A DNA stretch of 64,000 bases, taken from contig CAWJSJ010000001.1 of assembly GCA_963845565.1 (NCBI GenBank), positions 544,001 to 608,000 on the forward strand. Direction: 5' to 3'. The position numbers and the translations under genes are program-made. The notes below the pieces were generated by a model. The model saw only the letters and a program-made list of their open reading frames with translations. It searched no databases and was not told where the DNA came from. Source of the stretch: an uncultured Methylomirabilota bacterium. GTDB lineage: Bacteria; Methylomirabilota; Methylomirabilia; Methylomirabilales; 2-02-FULL-66-22. Position 1 is the first letter of the stretch; every line of letters begins with the position of its first letter. Below are positions 63,470-64,000 of the stretch, piece after piece.

Positions 63470-63626
63470 AACAGGGTACTGAAATACCCATTTCCGCTCA
63501 GGCTACTCAAAACGGTCCAGATGCAAGGCGGCGCGTGATGCGAGGTGCGAGGCGTACTTACGCGTACGCCGCAGCGCCGCGCGAGCGCGCCAACGCAGTA
63601 GATGGGCCTTTTTCAGCAGCCTGCTT
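63470..63626 (-). mobile_element. Miniature palindromic element, family 1, copy d (reverse orientation, abutting the family 2 copy)
   Basis: Reverse complement closely matches 7892-8016; ends ACAGGGTACTGAAA / TTTCAGCAGCCTGC. Confidence 0.85.
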
Positions 63627-63640
63627 AAAGGGGGACAAGG

Positions 63641-64000
63641 ATGGCGAAGCCCAGCGAACCGAACAAGATCATTTACTCGATGGTCGGCGTGGGGAAGGTG
63701 CATGGAACGAAACAGGTGCTGAAGGAGATCTCGCTCTCGTATTTCTACGGGGCGAAGATCGGTGTTCTGGGATTGAACGGGTCAGGGAAGAGCACGCTGC
63801 TCCGGATCATGGCGGGCGTCGAGACGGCGTTCCTCGGCGAGACGCATTGCTCGCCAGGGTACACCATCGGCCTCCTGGAGCAGGAGCCGACGCTGGACCC
63901 CGGCAAGACGGTCGGCGAGGTGGTGCGCGAAGGGGTGCAGGAGACGGTCGATCTCTTGAAGGCGTTCGAAGAGATCAGCAGCAAGTTCGCCGAGCCGATG
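63641..64000 (+). CDS. ettA: Energy-dependent translational throttle protein (ABC-F), 3'-truncated by the window edge
   Basis: Translated by hand: MAKPSEPNKIIYSMVGVGKVHGTKQVLKEISLSYFYGAKIGVLGLNGSGKSTLLRIMAG..LEQEP. Confidence 0.93.
   Translation, partial: MAKPSEPNKIIYSMVGVGKVHGTKQVLKEISLSYFYGAKIGVLGLNGSGKSTLLRIMAGVETAFLGETHCSPGYTIGLLEQEPTLDPGKTVGEVVREGVQETVDLLKAFEEISSKFAEPM

Overview
GC-rich bacterial window. The gene order (cheW-cheW-RomR-like regulator-valS-birA-coaX) and repeat style suggest a deltaproteobacterial or NC10/Methylomirabilota-like anaerobe; this is an inference only. Left part (1-16 kb): end of a sugar ABC operon, a RomR/PopZ-like polarity locus upstream of valS, birA, coaX, hypFCDE, a sirtuin, a flavin reductase and a DMT transporter. 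Middle (16.4-49.4 kb): a mosaic accessory region of mostly envelope, lipoprotein and transport genes (AsmA-like protein with a recent 774-bp internal duplication, DUF3300/DUF2950, YihY, YSC84, ThrE, RND pump, alkyl sulfatase, META, DUF1269, AbgT plus M20 peptidase, patatin, DUF900 hydrolase, MarC, amidohydrolase). It also holds orphan gene tails, a decayed RAYT-like transposase and a 382-bp direct repeat. Right part: a complete hdrCBA-mvhDGA-protease cluster (electron-bifurcating heterodisulfide reductase with a group 3c-like [NiFe] hydrogenase), then hypB, hypA, tex, an RlmL-like methylase, a PLP aminotransferase and the start of ettA. The non-coding DNA holds three families of dispersed palindromic miniature elements that mostly start at stop codons, a duplicated promoter with a structured leader showing compensatory changes, and a tandem pair of ~97-nt foldable units. 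Many genes carry single-base frameshifts, most plausibly sequencing or assembly indels. No rRNA, tRNA or CRISPR array was seen. Alignments and folds were done by eye, so boundaries are approximate.
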